From the IMG/VR virus record IMGVR_UViG_3300029570_000020, positions 1 to 41,757 of that record: a DNA stretch of 41,757 nucleotides. The stretch is one strand, 5' to 3'. Made by a program: the position numbers and the translations under genes. Under the pieces are notes generated by a model that made no database searches, was not told the origin of the DNA, and worked only from the letters and a program-made list of their open reading frames with translations. Position 1 is the stretch's first letter. Each line of letters opens with the position of its first letter. This stretch comes from a virus. Positions 22,397 to 31,591 of the stretch are shown here, piece by piece.

Positions 22397-22765
22397 TCAA
22401 TTTAGGCATAAAAATTCGGCGGTCACGTTGATATACCGCCGTTTTAGGTTTTTGTCTGTGTCATCTGCCAGCGATTGGCAGAACGGGGAGCCGCGTTTTA
22501 ACCAAATCAATCCGCCATCTACCGGCAGCGTCACGCCACCAATGCCCAGCGCGTCCGAAAGCTCAAGCGCCTTTGCATTGGGCACCGCTTCGCTCGTGGT
22601 ATGGAACCACATGTTGACCGTCAGCGATACCGCCCCGCCGCCCCATGCGTCAAACACAGCATCATATGTCAGGTATGGGAGTACAGCGTCATCCGGCACA
22701 GCATTGCTGGCGTAAGCGGTCATAAATTGCCCGAAAAACCGCTGTAATGCAGCGCCCTTTGTCAT
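22397..22765 (-). CDS. Tail completion / terminator protein
   Basis: 122 aa, directly upstream of the major tail protein. Confidence 0.5.
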   Translation of the reverse strand: MTKGAALQRFFGQFMTAYASNAVPDDAVLPYLTYDAVFDAWGGGAVSLTVNMWFHTTSEAVPNAKALELSDALGIGGVTLPVDGGLIWLKRGSPFCQSLADDTDKNLKRRYINVTAEFLCLN

Positions 22766-23139
22766 GTAGGCAATCCCTCCCGCAATCGTTCAGCCGTAAA
22801 ACTTTTTAGGCCGTTCAGCATCTGGGAAGCGCTTGCCGGGGCTTGCTTTTCTTCTGGTCGGCTCGTAACCCGGAAATATGCCCCGGTAGTCAAGTCCTTG
22901 TAGACGCTGCCGTACTCGATGGGCACATCTTTCCGCACAATGCCGGTATACACGCTTGTCACGCCCTGCGCTTCGGCCTGCCGTGCTTCAAGGCTGCTGT
23001 CCAGTGCAACGTAATTCGCAAACTCTGCGCCCTCTCTCCACTCGGTAGCATAGCCGCCTTCTCCGTCAGGCTTTGTCAGCTTGTCCATGATGATGCAGCT
23101 ATGCGAAAAATCATCTAATAGGCTCATAGCTTTCTCCAT
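22762..23139 (-). CDS. Head closure / head-tail joining protein
   Basis: 125 aa. Call based on gene order and size; ...KPDGEGGYATEWREGAEF... is adaptor-like. Confidence 0.5.
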   Translation of the reverse strand: MEKAMSLLDDFSHSCIIMDKLTKPDGEGGYATEWREGAEFANYVALDSSLEARQAEAQGVTSVYTGIVRKDVPIEYGSVYKDLTTGAYFRVTSRPEEKQAPASASQMLNGLKSFTAERLREGLPT

Positions 23140-23549
23140 TTGTTCAGCCGAGAAGCAAACACGCCCTGCCAGCCCGTCACAGAGCCGCCAGAATGGTTGC
23201 TTGCAGTAGATTTGGTGTAACTATACCCCGCAAAGCTTTCACTCTGATATGGGCTGTTTGCGGCGTTCTCGTACTGCGTGCGCCACGCCTTGATTTCTTC
23301 TTCAAGGTGCAGAAATTCGGCAGGAACGGACATAGCCCAGACAGCCCCGTCAAAGGTTTCATCCCTCAACGAGCAGTTGCCGTATTGATACACACCATCG
23401 TTCAGAACGCTGCCCACAACGCGGAAATACTGTCCGGCACGCAAAAAAGGGAGCGCAATGCTCCCGCCCTTGATGCTGAACTCGCCCAGATGGACGCCAT
23501 TCTGTGTGACAAACCAGTTCCGGCACTCCCTCATCAATTCTTCAAGCAT
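23124..23549 (-). CDS. Head-tail connector (adaptor) protein
   Basis: 141 aa, first gene after the major capsid protein. Confidence 0.5.
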   Translation of the reverse strand: MLEELMRECRNWFVTQNGVHLGEFSIKGGSIALPFLRAGQYFRVVGSVLNDGVYQYGNCSLRDETFDGAVWAMSVPAEFLHLEEEIKAWRTQYENAANSPYQSESFAGYSYTKSTASNHSGGSVTGWQGVFASRLNKWRKL

Positions 23550-23564
23550 CGCACTCCCTCTTTT

Positions 23565-24524
23565 TTACTGTACTGCCTTACCAGTTTTTGCGCTCTGGGT
23601 TTCTGCGGGCGTATTTGCGCTTCGGCTTTCTGCGGGCGTAATGGTGGCAACGGCGATACCGTCCAAGTACTCTGCCCAAAGCTTCATGCCCATAAGAGCG
23701 TACATATCGCCAGTTGCGCGGCTGTAGTCGCCGTCAACATGCACACCAATCAGGTTGGTTTCGCCCTCGACGGTATAGTTCAGGCCCAGCTTGGCGAAAT
23801 CGCTGTCGGCGGGGTCGATGTAATACAGGTCGATGTTCTCAACAGGGATGGCAATAACCTTGTTGCGGGCGATGTACTTTGCGGGCAGCAGGAACAGGGT
23901 GGAATAACCCATGAAATTCTGAACATAGGTCAGGCCGAAGGCGGTCTGCGTGGTGATTTCCTTGTCGCCCAGATAGCCGTAGAAGTCCAGAATGTTGGCA
24001 AAGCCGACAACCTCGGTAACATCACGATCCATGCTGGCGAACTTGTCCAGCACATTGCCCTTTGCCAGAGCAAGACCCTGCTGCCAAGTGGTAGCAGCTA
24101 CAGCCAGAGAGCCAGTGTTCAGGAAGGTGTAGAAGTCGCCCAGAACCTTGTTTTGCAGGGCGACAAGGAACGCCTCGTCGGTCTTTTCAACGGCAATATC
24201 TGCGCCGTACTTGGCTACCGCCTCAACAGACACGCTCTTAGCATACTTGGCAATCTCAATGTCGCCGTAGGTTTTGGGCTCGACCTTCATCTTGGTCAGC
24301 GGAATCTCATCGCCCTCGGCAACGGATGTACCGCCAGCCAGAGTGCCGTCAACAGCGGCCTCATAGGAGACCAGCTTCGTGCCGGGGGCCTTTCGGATGG
24401 GGCGCATAATGCCCATGATGGTGCGCAGCGCGTCCCAGTTCTTGCCAAAGCGGGTGACAAAGTCAACCTCGCGGGCGTTGACAGTAATCTGGGCGGCGGT
24501 AGTCAGGTTAGTTTTTGCAGCCAT
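23565..24524 (-). CDS. Major capsid protein
   Basis: 319 aa, downstream of the scaffold. MAAKTNLTTAAQITVNAREVDFVTRFG... is an SPP1-type capsid start. Confidence 0.8.
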   Translation of the reverse strand: MAAKTNLTTAAQITVNAREVDFVTRFGKNWDALRTIMGIMRPIRKAPGTKLVSYEAAVDGTLAGGTSVAEGDEIPLTKMKVEPKTYGDIEIAKYAKSVSVEAVAKYGADIAVEKTDEAFLVALQNKVLGDFYTFLNTGSLAVAATTWQQGLALAKGNVLDKFASMDRDVTEVVGFANILDFYGYLGDKEITTQTAFGLTYVQNFMGYSTLFLLPAKYIARNKVIAIPVENIDLYYIDPADSDFAKLGLNYTVEGETNLIGVHVDGDYSRATGDMYALMGMKLWAEYLDGIAVATITPAESRSANTPAETQSAKTGKAVQ

Positions 24525-24541
24525 ATTTTGGCTCCTTTCTG

Positions 24542-25180
24542 TTAATCGTCAGATTCGTTTTGCATGAGGTTCACAAGCGCCGCCTGCCGCTCAGAGGTGG
24601 ACAGTACATAGCGGCCCTTGTCGTCCGTCTTGTAGATGTCCTTCCGCGTCAGGGCTTTTCCACCGTTGTTTGCAGGGGGAGTAGACGTTTCTGCGCCTTT
24701 GGTGCTGCTCGTAGTGATGTACTCGCCATAATCGGTCTTGAGGCTCTTTTCAAGTGCAGCAGCGTCTTTGATAGCGCCCTTGTCATCCAACTCCAGTTTG
24801 TCAAGCAGGCCATCTCCCTTTGCAAGGCGTGCAACAGAGGAAATCCGTTTTTCAGAAATGCCGATTTTCAGCAGGACGTCTGACAGAGCCTTTTCTTTGG
24901 CAGCCGTTGTTTTTTCAGCGTCTACGTTGGCCTTGTAGTCCCCGAAAGCCTTGTGCTCTGCTTCATACTTAGCCTTGTAGCCGCCGTCGCCCTGCGCTTT
25001 CAGGTCGTCCAACTCCTTCTGAACGCCCGGCAGCTTTTCTGCATCGGCTTTATACCGCGTGACGTCGTCCTTCAGCGGGTCAACAACGCCCAGATGGAGC
25101 GCCACCAGCTGATTTTCAATTTCGTCAGTGCAGCTTTCGCCAATGATTTTACGGATTTCAGCGCGTGTAAATTTTGCCAT
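24542..25180 (-). CDS. Scaffolding protein (GP20-like)
   Basis: 212 aa, charged and helical, directly upstream of the capsid gene. Confidence 0.65.
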   Translation of the reverse strand: MAKFTRAEIRKIIGESCTDEIENQLVALHLGVVDPLKDDVTRYKADAEKLPGVQKELDDLKAQGDGGYKAKYEAEHKAFGDYKANVDAEKTTAAKEKALSDVLLKIGISEKRISSVARLAKGDGLLDKLELDDKGAIKDAAALEKSLKTDYGEYITTSSTKGAETSTPPANNGGKALTRKDIYKTDDKGRYVLSTSERQAALVNLMQNESDD

Positions 25181-25265
25181 GGGGGTTCTCTCCTTTTCTT
25201 CGGTGGCGGTTCTTCGCCATTTGAGTTTATTTATTCAAAACAGCAGTGCTTCGCTGTTTTTGCGT

Positions 25266-25304
25266 ATAAAAATAGCAACCGCCGAGAAAGCCTCGGTAGT
25301 TGCT
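25266..25304 (-). terminator. Rho-independent terminator after the lipoprotein moron
   Basis: 13-bp imperfect stem 25274-25286 / 25292-25304, followed on the minus strand by ATTTTTAT. Confidence 0.55.
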
Positions 25305-25319
25305 AGGTAAACTTGTATT

Positions 25320-25703
25320 TTACGGTTTCACTTCAACGCTGGGCAGCACATTTGTGTGGAAATACAGCTTGTAATGGTACGGGTCTGTGTGTGTGCCTGT
25401 AATGTCCTCGACAACATACATCGTGTAGCTGTTCAGGTAGATGTAATTTTTCCTGTAAGTATCAGGGCCAACCTTTACAGTGCAGACAAGCTCGTTGTTG
25501 GAATTGTTGGAGATAGACATATACCCCTCGGCTTCCATAATGACCTTGTCTGTTCTGGCGTTGTATACGGTGATTTTTCGTTCGCTCTCAAAGTAATCGG
25601 CTTGCTTGGAAATATTGGCATTTGCTTTGTCAGCTTCAGAACAGCCGCACAAAAGCAGCGCTACAGTCATAATCGTGATTGCGATATAAAGAATCTTTTT
25701 CAT
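25320..25703 (-). CDS. Lipoprotein moron inside the head module
   Basis: MKKILYIAITIMTVALLLCGCSEAD is a signal peptide plus lipobox. GGGAGG SD before ATG 25703. AT-rich, flanked by hairpins. Confidence 0.65.
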   Translation of the reverse strand: MKKILYIAITIMTVALLLCGCSEADKANANISKQADYFESERKITVYNARTDKVIMEAEGYMSISNNSNNELVCTVKVGPDTYRKNYIYLNSYTMYVVEDITGTHTDPYHYKLYFHTNVLPSVEVKP

Positions 25704-25736
25704 GTGCTTTCCTCCCAATAAAAAGAGCCGAAAGGC

Positions 25737-26135
25737 TTATTTGCCTTTCAGCTCTTGTTTGATAATTCTTGTGTACTGCGCGGCATGGCCTGCCACTGCG
25801 GGTTTGATGTACGGTTTTGCGCGTTGTCCGTGCGTCAGATGCCAATTGCCTTTTGCGTCTTGATATACCCACGGCGTTTGTCTGCCGCCCGGATAGTAAA
25901 TGCCCGTGCCGCACTCCACATACACGCCGTATTCGCTGTTTGTGCCGATATACGCAGCTTTTTCGCCGTCGTTTACCATATGGGTAATGCTGTTGCGCAG
26001 GTTGCCAGTGTCCACAGGGCATAGCTTTTTAGCGTACCCTTCAGCCACAAGCCCGCACTTTTCTAGCGCCCGCTGGCAAGCCGCTTCAAGCTCTTTGTAA
26101 ACTTCAGCGCTGTGGTCTTCAAGTGTGATTTTCAT
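25737..26135 (-). CDS. HK97 gp10-family neck/tail-completion protein
   Basis: PVDTGNLRNSITH motif. 132 aa. Confidence 0.6.
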   Translation of the reverse strand: MKITLEDHSAEVYKELEAACQRALEKCGLVAEGYAKKLCPVDTGNLRNSITHMVNDGEKAAYIGTNSEYGVYVECGTGIYYPGGRQTPWVYQDAKGNWHLTHGQRAKPYIKPAVAGHAAQYTRIIKQELKGK

Positions 26136-26292
26136 TTTTTTGTGCGTCTATAAATAATTCGTAATCTCCGCCGGAAAAATACGGGCATTTAACTTCACGG
26201 TTTTTTATTTTTTGCGGGATAGGCTCATAATATTGGCACTTATCATACTGCTTAAAATTATTACATTCTAAGCAAATCGGAATAAACTCCAT
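26119..26292 (-). CDS. Small Cys-rich protein (57 aa, zinc-ribbon-like)
   Basis: Manual read: MEFIPICLECNNFKQYDKCQYYEPIPQKIKNREVKCPYFSGGDYELFIDAQKNENHT. Its ATG abuts the MuF stop. Below the track cutoff. Confidence 0.45.
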   Translation of the reverse strand: MEFIPICLECNNFKQYDKCQYYEPIPQKIKNREVKCPYFSGGDYELFIDAQKNENHT

Positions 26293-27972
26293 TTATTTGC
26301 CCTCCGCAATTTTTTGAATGATTTCTGCAATGTTTTGCGGCAATCTTTCATCGCCAAGATGATACGCTGCCCACGCTTCTGCAAATGCTTCATCAGGCGT
26401 TTTCAAAATGTCGCATTTGCTTTCTTCTGCCCATGCGCTGGATATTGATTCCCAATTATCAGGCAATCCGCGAACATCAACAACACAATGTCCAAATTCG
26501 TGATACGCGGTAGCTCTGCCGTCAGTGTTAAACGACCAGTCATTTCCCGTTTTTGCACGATACTTTTCGTTGTTTTTCTCTTTTGCTTTTGTTATGTCAT
26601 CGATGCTTTTGAATTTTTGTGTATTCAAGCCAACAAGAATACCCCCATCGTAATCGGTTTTGTCGTACCCAAGTTGCATTGTACGAATACCAAATTGTCT
26701 ATAATCGTATGTGACGCCCCACCATTGATCTGCCTTTCTGCCTAACGGTCTTCCGGTCGCAGTAGAAATGTCTTTGCCATTTGCAATCATTGCGGGGCGG
26801 CAATCCTGCGGCAAGGTATCGACCGCATTAAGAATGTTATTTACCTGTTCAAGGTTCATTTTGTCAAAACGCGCATACTTAACGCCTTTACTTTCTGCAA
26901 GCGCAATTCCATCATCAACGGATGCAGCCTGCGTTCTAAGCGCATTTTGAATTCGCAAGTCTTTACCATTGATAGTAGTTTCTTTTTTCCACCACACCCA
27001 CTCTGCATAGGTCATATCTCCCACAAGCACAGACTCCCTCGTTTTTGGGTCTCTGGCGCGTCTGCCGCCGCTGCTTGTATCCTCGCCGTCAACCTCCGAA
27101 ATCTGGGTGCATCGGCAATTGTACACGAGATAACCCGGTGCGGAACTGTCTCCCGGATACATAAGCTCGTAACCGTCCACCTTAAACGGCTTGTCTACAT
27201 CTACTGTCTGGCCGTCAAGCATTGCGTGTGCGTGGCGTGTGCGATTGTCCAGCGTCGCCAGCCAGCGCTTTTTGAGCCTGATTCCCATATCTTGTGCGGC
27301 GCGGTAAGTATCTAACCGCCCCGCGTTCTGCGCCCCTGTAACCGCCGTTCTCGCCGTTCTGATGGCGCTTGTGCGGTTCATATCCTGCATACGGTGTTGC
27401 AGGTCGTTGGCGATTTTCGGTATGCTTTTGCCTTGCAGGATGGAGCTCGTGACGCTGGCTGTAATCTGTTGCTTGCCGTATTTCAAATCAATACCGCGCT
27501 GCAATGCACGCTTTGGCGGGTAGTACGGCATCAAGTCAGGCTGTTCCACAATCAGACGTTTCACTGTCTGCTCATCCCACAGCGTAAAATCTGCTTTGTC
27601 GGAAACCTGCTCGATTTTGTAAGCAGAGTAATTGCGGTTCAAGCTGTAAATGCCCGGCGTGGCGTCATTGACGTATGCTACAGCCGTTGCATTGGCATCA
27701 GTGTATCTTTCTGCCACCTTGTCCCTCAGCGCCGTAAAACGCTTGCCTCTGCCCATCTGCGCAAGCCGCCATTGCTTGTACTGCTGTTCGGTGATTTCGC
27801 CTGCATCGAGCTTTTCTTTCATGGCTGCATCACGCTTCTCGAACTGCTCAAAATAGGCGTTTACCGTGTCGGTCAATTCGTCAGCAGCTTCTTTGTACAT
27901 CTTTGCGATGCGCTGTTCCAGCTTGGCGAGCTGTTCGTCCGTCGGTTTGTGGGCATAATCATGTTTTTTCAT
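26293..27972 (-). CDS. Head morphogenesis protein (SPP1 gp7 / MuF) fused to a C-terminal ATLF-like HExxH metalloprotease domain
   Basis: MuF core RWLATLDNRTRHAHAMLDGQTV...YNCRC. C-terminal AYHEFGHCVVD (encoded at 26488-26502) plus DEAFAEAWAAY, matching anthrax lethal factor HEFGHAV...EFFAEAF. Confidence 0.8.
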   Translation of the reverse strand: MKKHDYAHKPTDEQLAKLEQRIAKMYKEAADELTDTVNAYFEQFEKRDAAMKEKLDAGEITEQQYKQWRLAQMGRGKRFTALRDKVAERYTDANATAVAYVNDATPGIYSLNRNYSAYKIEQVSDKADFTLWDEQTVKRLIVEQPDLMPYYPPKRALQRGIDLKYGKQQITASVTSSILQGKSIPKIANDLQHRMQDMNRTSAIRTARTAVTGAQNAGRLDTYRAAQDMGIRLKKRWLATLDNRTRHAHAMLDGQTVDVDKPFKVDGYELMYPGDSSAPGYLVYNCRCTQISEVDGEDTSSGGRRARDPKTRESVLVGDMTYAEWVWWKKETTINGKDLRIQNALRTQAASVDDGIALAESKGVKYARFDKMNLEQVNNILNAVDTLPQDCRPAMIANGKDISTATGRPLGRKADQWWGVTYDYRQFGIRTMQLGYDKTDYDGGILVGLNTQKFKSIDDITKAKEKNNEKYRAKTGNDWSFNTDGRATAYHEFGHCVVDVRGLPDNWESISSAWAEESKCDILKTPDEAFAEAWAAYHLGDERLPQNIAEIIQKIAEGK

Positions 27973-28331
27973 TTTTTCTTAACTTTTATACCAAGTAGCC
28001 ATGTGCCACTTAGCTCTGTAGAAATGTTCGCTTTATAACCTTTGTGCGTTTCAAGCAAAGCAAGATTTCGACGTTCTGTTTTGGACATTTTTGACGCATC
28101 CACAAAAATCTGATTTCTTTTGTCAAATCCTTTTGTTAAGGAATTCCTGTATTTATCAAGGTCAACGCCGGATTGATGTTTTACCCACGGAACAATGTCT
28201 TTTGCTGTTTTCAAAGTAGGCGCGGTCGTTTTTTCTTGAGTTACTTTTTTTAAAGTCTTTACAGGGTTTCCGAATCTGCTTTTAGCCTTGCTGCCCCCCC
28301 TACCAGAGCCGCCGCTACCGCGTTTTGCCAT
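27969..28331 (-). CDS. Basic hypothetical protein (120 aa)
   Basis: ORF track. MAKRGSGGSGRGGSKAKSRFGNP start. AT-rich. Confidence 0.5.
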   Translation of the reverse strand: MAKRGSGGSGRGGSKAKSRFGNPVKTLKKVTQEKTTAPTLKTAKDIVPWVKHQSGVDLDKYRNSLTKGFDKRNQIFVDASKMSKTERRNLALLETHKGYKANISTELSGTWLLGIKVKKK

Positions 28332-28953
28332 GTGCGATCAACCGCCTTTCTTTAATTTTCTCGTATCGTGGCGCAATTTTTGTCACGTTCCAGTCAAATT
28401 CATCCGGGCATTTGCCGTACCACAAAATTTCTGACGGTTCCAAAATTTCCAGCGCCTTGCGGCATTGCCTGGCAAAGCATTCTTTTTCATAGTCGTTGCT
28501 TTGTGTGCCAACGCTTGAAATAGAAACAATGCTGTGTTTTGGTGTGCCGTCTAAGCACCATTCAAAGCTATCCATGCCGCACCAACATAGGGTAGGAATA
28601 ACGTGTATCCCGTGCGCCTGCCAATACGCCGCGCACCAATGCTTGCGGTAATGGTTGTAAATCTGCATAGCGAGTGGCATTTCAGAATACAGCGAAAAAT
28701 CTGGTGCGCAGACTGCACCAAACTGCGAAAGCAGATTGATGTACTTGTCAGGATTATTCCATACTCTGGAAAACAGGAAGTCGTAGCAGTAGAAATGCAC
28801 GCCTTTTGTGGCTCTGTCTTTGGATACAAGCGCCTTATCAAACGGAATCCACTCCAAATGCCGCACGTCTATATGTTCCGGCTGAATAATTGGCGTATCG
28901 TATTTGTCAACACCTAAAAAGTTGGCTTTGTCGAGGTTTTCAAAATTTAACAT
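28315..28953 (-). CDS. DUF4417-family protein
   Basis: VHFYCYDFLFSRVWNNPDKYINLL...PDFSLYSEMPLAMQIYNHYRKHWCAAYWQAHGIHVIPTLCW matches the DUF4417 pattern from memory. Confidence 0.65.
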   Translation of the reverse strand: MLNFENLDKANFLGVDKYDTPIIQPEHIDVRHLEWIPFDKALVSKDRATKGVHFYCYDFLFSRVWNNPDKYINLLSQFGAVCAPDFSLYSEMPLAMQIYNHYRKHWCAAYWQAHGIHVIPTLCWCGMDSFEWCLDGTPKHSIVSISSVGTQSNDYEKECFARQCRKALEILEPSEILWYGKCPDEFDWNVTKIAPRYEKIKERRLIAHGKTR

Positions 28954-28957
28954 CTTG

Positions 28958-30304
28958 TCATCCCTCGCCTTCTGTCGTACGGTCTAATTCCTCTGCCGCC
29001 TTGCGGCGCATCAAGTCTTCAAACTGGTCTGCGTCGCCGAGAATAGTAAGCAGCTTTTTGGTGATGTACTCATCATCGTAGTACTCCGCGCCCAGTAGCA
29101 CGGTCTGCGCTTCTTCCTGCTTGTTGATAATCTGGTTGCGCGTATATGTCGGATCGTCATCAAGACCGGCAACCGCCAAAATGCCCTTTATGCAGCGCGT
29201 CACGCAGCTTTCAAACTTGTCTGTTTTCAGGTCGAGTGGCACATAACTGGCCTTGATAGCCGTTGCAGTTTGGTTGCCAGCGCTGACAGCCGCAGAATCA
29301 AATGCCTGAAAGTCCTCGTATAACTTTTTGGTGAGCATATCAATGGTGGCTTGCGTGCCTTGGAACGGGGCTTCGATGCTCTGTGGCGTGGCCTTTGCGC
29401 CCTCGTCACCGTCAGCGTGGGCTACATGGGTAGTTTTCAGACGCTCAATGAACTTTGTATCGTCCTGCTCGTCCATGCCTCCGCAGTTGGTCAGAACCCA
29501 GAAAATCAGGTTGCCCTCGTCAACATTGTTTACCATGTTGGAGCTTGCAAGGTCGAGTGCGTCAATGGTATTCTGTCGCCCCTGTAACTCGCTGTGGGCC
29601 TGCTCGCCGTTTTTCAGCGGGATAATGGGAAATCCGGGATAATTCTCACCGTCATAAATTTCTGTTCCGTCTGCCTCGCTGGTGCGCAACTTCAGCTTAT
29701 AGGCGCGTTTCGGCTTGAGAATCGCCATATCATCGCTTTTGGGCTTTAGATACTCTGTATAGCCGTCAAGCTCGTACAGCGTGGCGCGTAGCGGCTTATT
29801 GTCTGCCACCTGCCAGAAACGGATTCCGGCTTTAATGGAGCCATCTTCCTCGTCGTACAGTGGAACAAATTCCTCTGCTGCGAACACCTGCACATGGTCG
29901 AGATTCCAGAACACGAAAGACTGCCCGTCAATCAAAGCATGGCGGGCAGCGTCCATAATATCTTCATCAAACGTCGCACCCAGCGCCTTTTCTGTCTCCG
30001 GCTTCTGAAATGAAACGCCATTGCCCAGCAAATACGAAACTTCTTGGTCTACGGCCAACCCAAAGAACTTGCTTGCGATCTTGTGATTTGCCGTGTACAT
30101 GTCACGGTGCGCCTTGCCCTGCATGTCGTAGATGATTTTCTCGTATTTGTTGATTGTAGGGTTTTCTCCGTGGTAATACTTGTTGGCGTTCGCTGCAAGG
30201 CGTGTGCTATGGTCGGACTTATACTCATTGATTGCACCCAGTATGAAACTCATGCGGGCCTTTTCGTCCTCGCCAACCGCTACAAAATCTTGGTATGTTT
30301 TCAC
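28958..30304 (-). CDS. Portal protein (SPP1 gp6-like)
   Basis: 448 aa, immediately downstream of the large terminase. Confidence 0.85.
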   Translation of the reverse strand: MKTYQDFVAVGEDEKARMSFILGAINEYKSDHSTRLAANANKYYHGENPTINKYEKIIYDMQGKAHRDMYTANHKIASKFFGLAVDQEVSYLLGNGVSFQKPETEKALGATFDEDIMDAARHALIDGQSFVFWNLDHVQVFAAEEFVPLYDEEDGSIKAGIRFWQVADNKPLRATLYELDGYTEYLKPKSDDMAILKPKRAYKLKLRTSEADGTEIYDGENYPGFPIIPLKNGEQAHSELQGRQNTIDALDLASSNMVNNVDEGNLIFWVLTNCGGMDEQDDTKFIERLKTTHVAHADGDEGAKATPQSIEAPFQGTQATIDMLTKKLYEDFQAFDSAAVSAGNQTATAIKASYVPLDLKTDKFESCVTRCIKGILAVAGLDDDPTYTRNQIINKQEEAQTVLLGAEYYDDEYITKKLLTILGDADQFEDLMRRKAAEELDRTTEGEG

Positions 30305-30319
30305 ATCTTCTCACCGCCT

Positions 30320-31591
30320 TTACACGAAAATGCTCTTGTATCTGGTTTCGGCGGTGTCTCCCGCCTTGTTTGCTGTGCTCTCCATTGCGTACCGCACTGC
30401 ATCAATGTGATGGTTGTTCAAATCCGGGTAGCCTTCCAGCACTTCACCTGTTTTAGCGTCGCGCTCATACTCGTACTCGCTGAATTCCTTTGCTGTGTCC
30501 GGGCAACGTTCCGGGTCAATGACAATAGATTCCAGCATTTGCAGCCATTTTGTGCCGTATCGAACCGATTTCGGTCCTTTACGGGCAGGGAATGTTTTCA
30601 CGCCGTACTTGTTATAGTCGGCGATGGATTTCGGCTCAGCGCTATCCGCGCAGACTTTATCCTCACGCGTCAGCCCTCTATCCAAAAGCAGTTGCGCCGT
30701 GTCCCTGTTGCTGGTTCTACGCCGTGTCAGTTCATCGAAGATGTACAGCGTGCGCCGCGCTGCGTCATAGTGCATTGCATTGTATGCCCATGGGTCAGGG
30801 TACCAGCCCCAGTCAACGCCGCGCTTGATGCGGTCAAAACTGGCAATCTGTTCATCTGTGATTGGTTCAATCCGCAGATTCTCAAATACCGCCGTTCCAC
30901 TGCCCACGACCTCGCCCAAATACTCGTGTCGGTAGGCCGTTTCGTTTGTGCGCTGCAAGTATTCAGCATCGGACAGAAACCGCTCTCCGAGCCATTCTGC
31001 AGGCGTTGTTTTATAAGTGCTATGATGTATCAGCTTTCCGCTGCGGGCTTTCAGTGCGTAGCCGTTTGCCCAGTTCCGCGCCATTGCAGGCGGGTTGAAG
31101 CTCTTGAACGTAATGAACCAATCGCCGCCGCGCAGGCAGGATTGTTCCACGTCTCGGATTTGCTCTTCCCCGTCAAACTGGTCTAGTTCTTCAAACCAGC
31201 AGATGCCGATATAACCAAACGGCACTTTGATTGACTTTACCTTGCCGGGGTCATCAACGCCGAAAAAAAGCACCTTTTGCCCAGTAGGCAAATAGGTGCA
31301 TTCCATAGGAGAAATCGTGCAACGAAAATGATCGTGCAAACCAAGCTCATTGATAGCCCAGGCGATTTGCGCATAAACACTTGTGCGCAGTGTGTTGCCA
31401 ACCTTGCGGAACACTGCTGCGTGGCATTGCGGGTGCTGTATCAGCTGCAAAATAAGCTCGATGCTTATGTAACTCGACTTTGTAGAGCCGCGCCCGCCCT
31501 TTGCGACAAGCTCTTTTACATTGCCTGCCTTGATTTCACGGTGGACTTCGGCGAAGCAAGGGGAAACAATCCCGGATAGCTTACAAGTCAT
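30320..31591 (-). CDS. terL: Terminase large subunit (PBSX/Terminase_3-like)
   Basis: Walker A VAKGGRGSTKS. 423 aa. Overlaps terS. Confidence 0.9.
   Translation of the reverse strand: MTCKLSGIVSPCFAEVHREIKAGNVKELVAKGGRGSTKSSYISIELILQLIQHPQCHAAVFRKVGNTLRTSVYAQIAWAINELGLHDHFRCTISPMECTYLPTGQKVLFFGVDDPGKVKSIKVPFGYIGICWFEELDQFDGEEQIRDVEQSCLRGGDWFITFKSFNPPAMARNWANGYALKARSGKLIHHSTYKTTPAEWLGERFLSDAEYLQRTNETAYRHEYLGEVVGSGTAVFENLRIEPITDEQIASFDRIKRGVDWGWYPDPWAYNAMHYDAARRTLYIFDELTRRRTSNRDTAQLLLDRGLTREDKVCADSAEPKSIADYNKYGVKTFPARKGPKSVRYGTKWLQMLESIVIDPERCPDTAKEFSEYEYERDAKTGEVLEGYPDLNNHHIDAVRYAMESTANKAGDTAETRYKSIFV

Noticed and set aside
23193-24545. 450-aa plus-strand ORF; similar long plus-strand ORFs at 30044..31186, 9336..10187 and 6857..7594
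   Set aside because: All are antisense shadows of confidently assigned minus-strand genes (capsid, terminase, cargo genes). They show low-complexity, Arg/Cys/His-rich translations.
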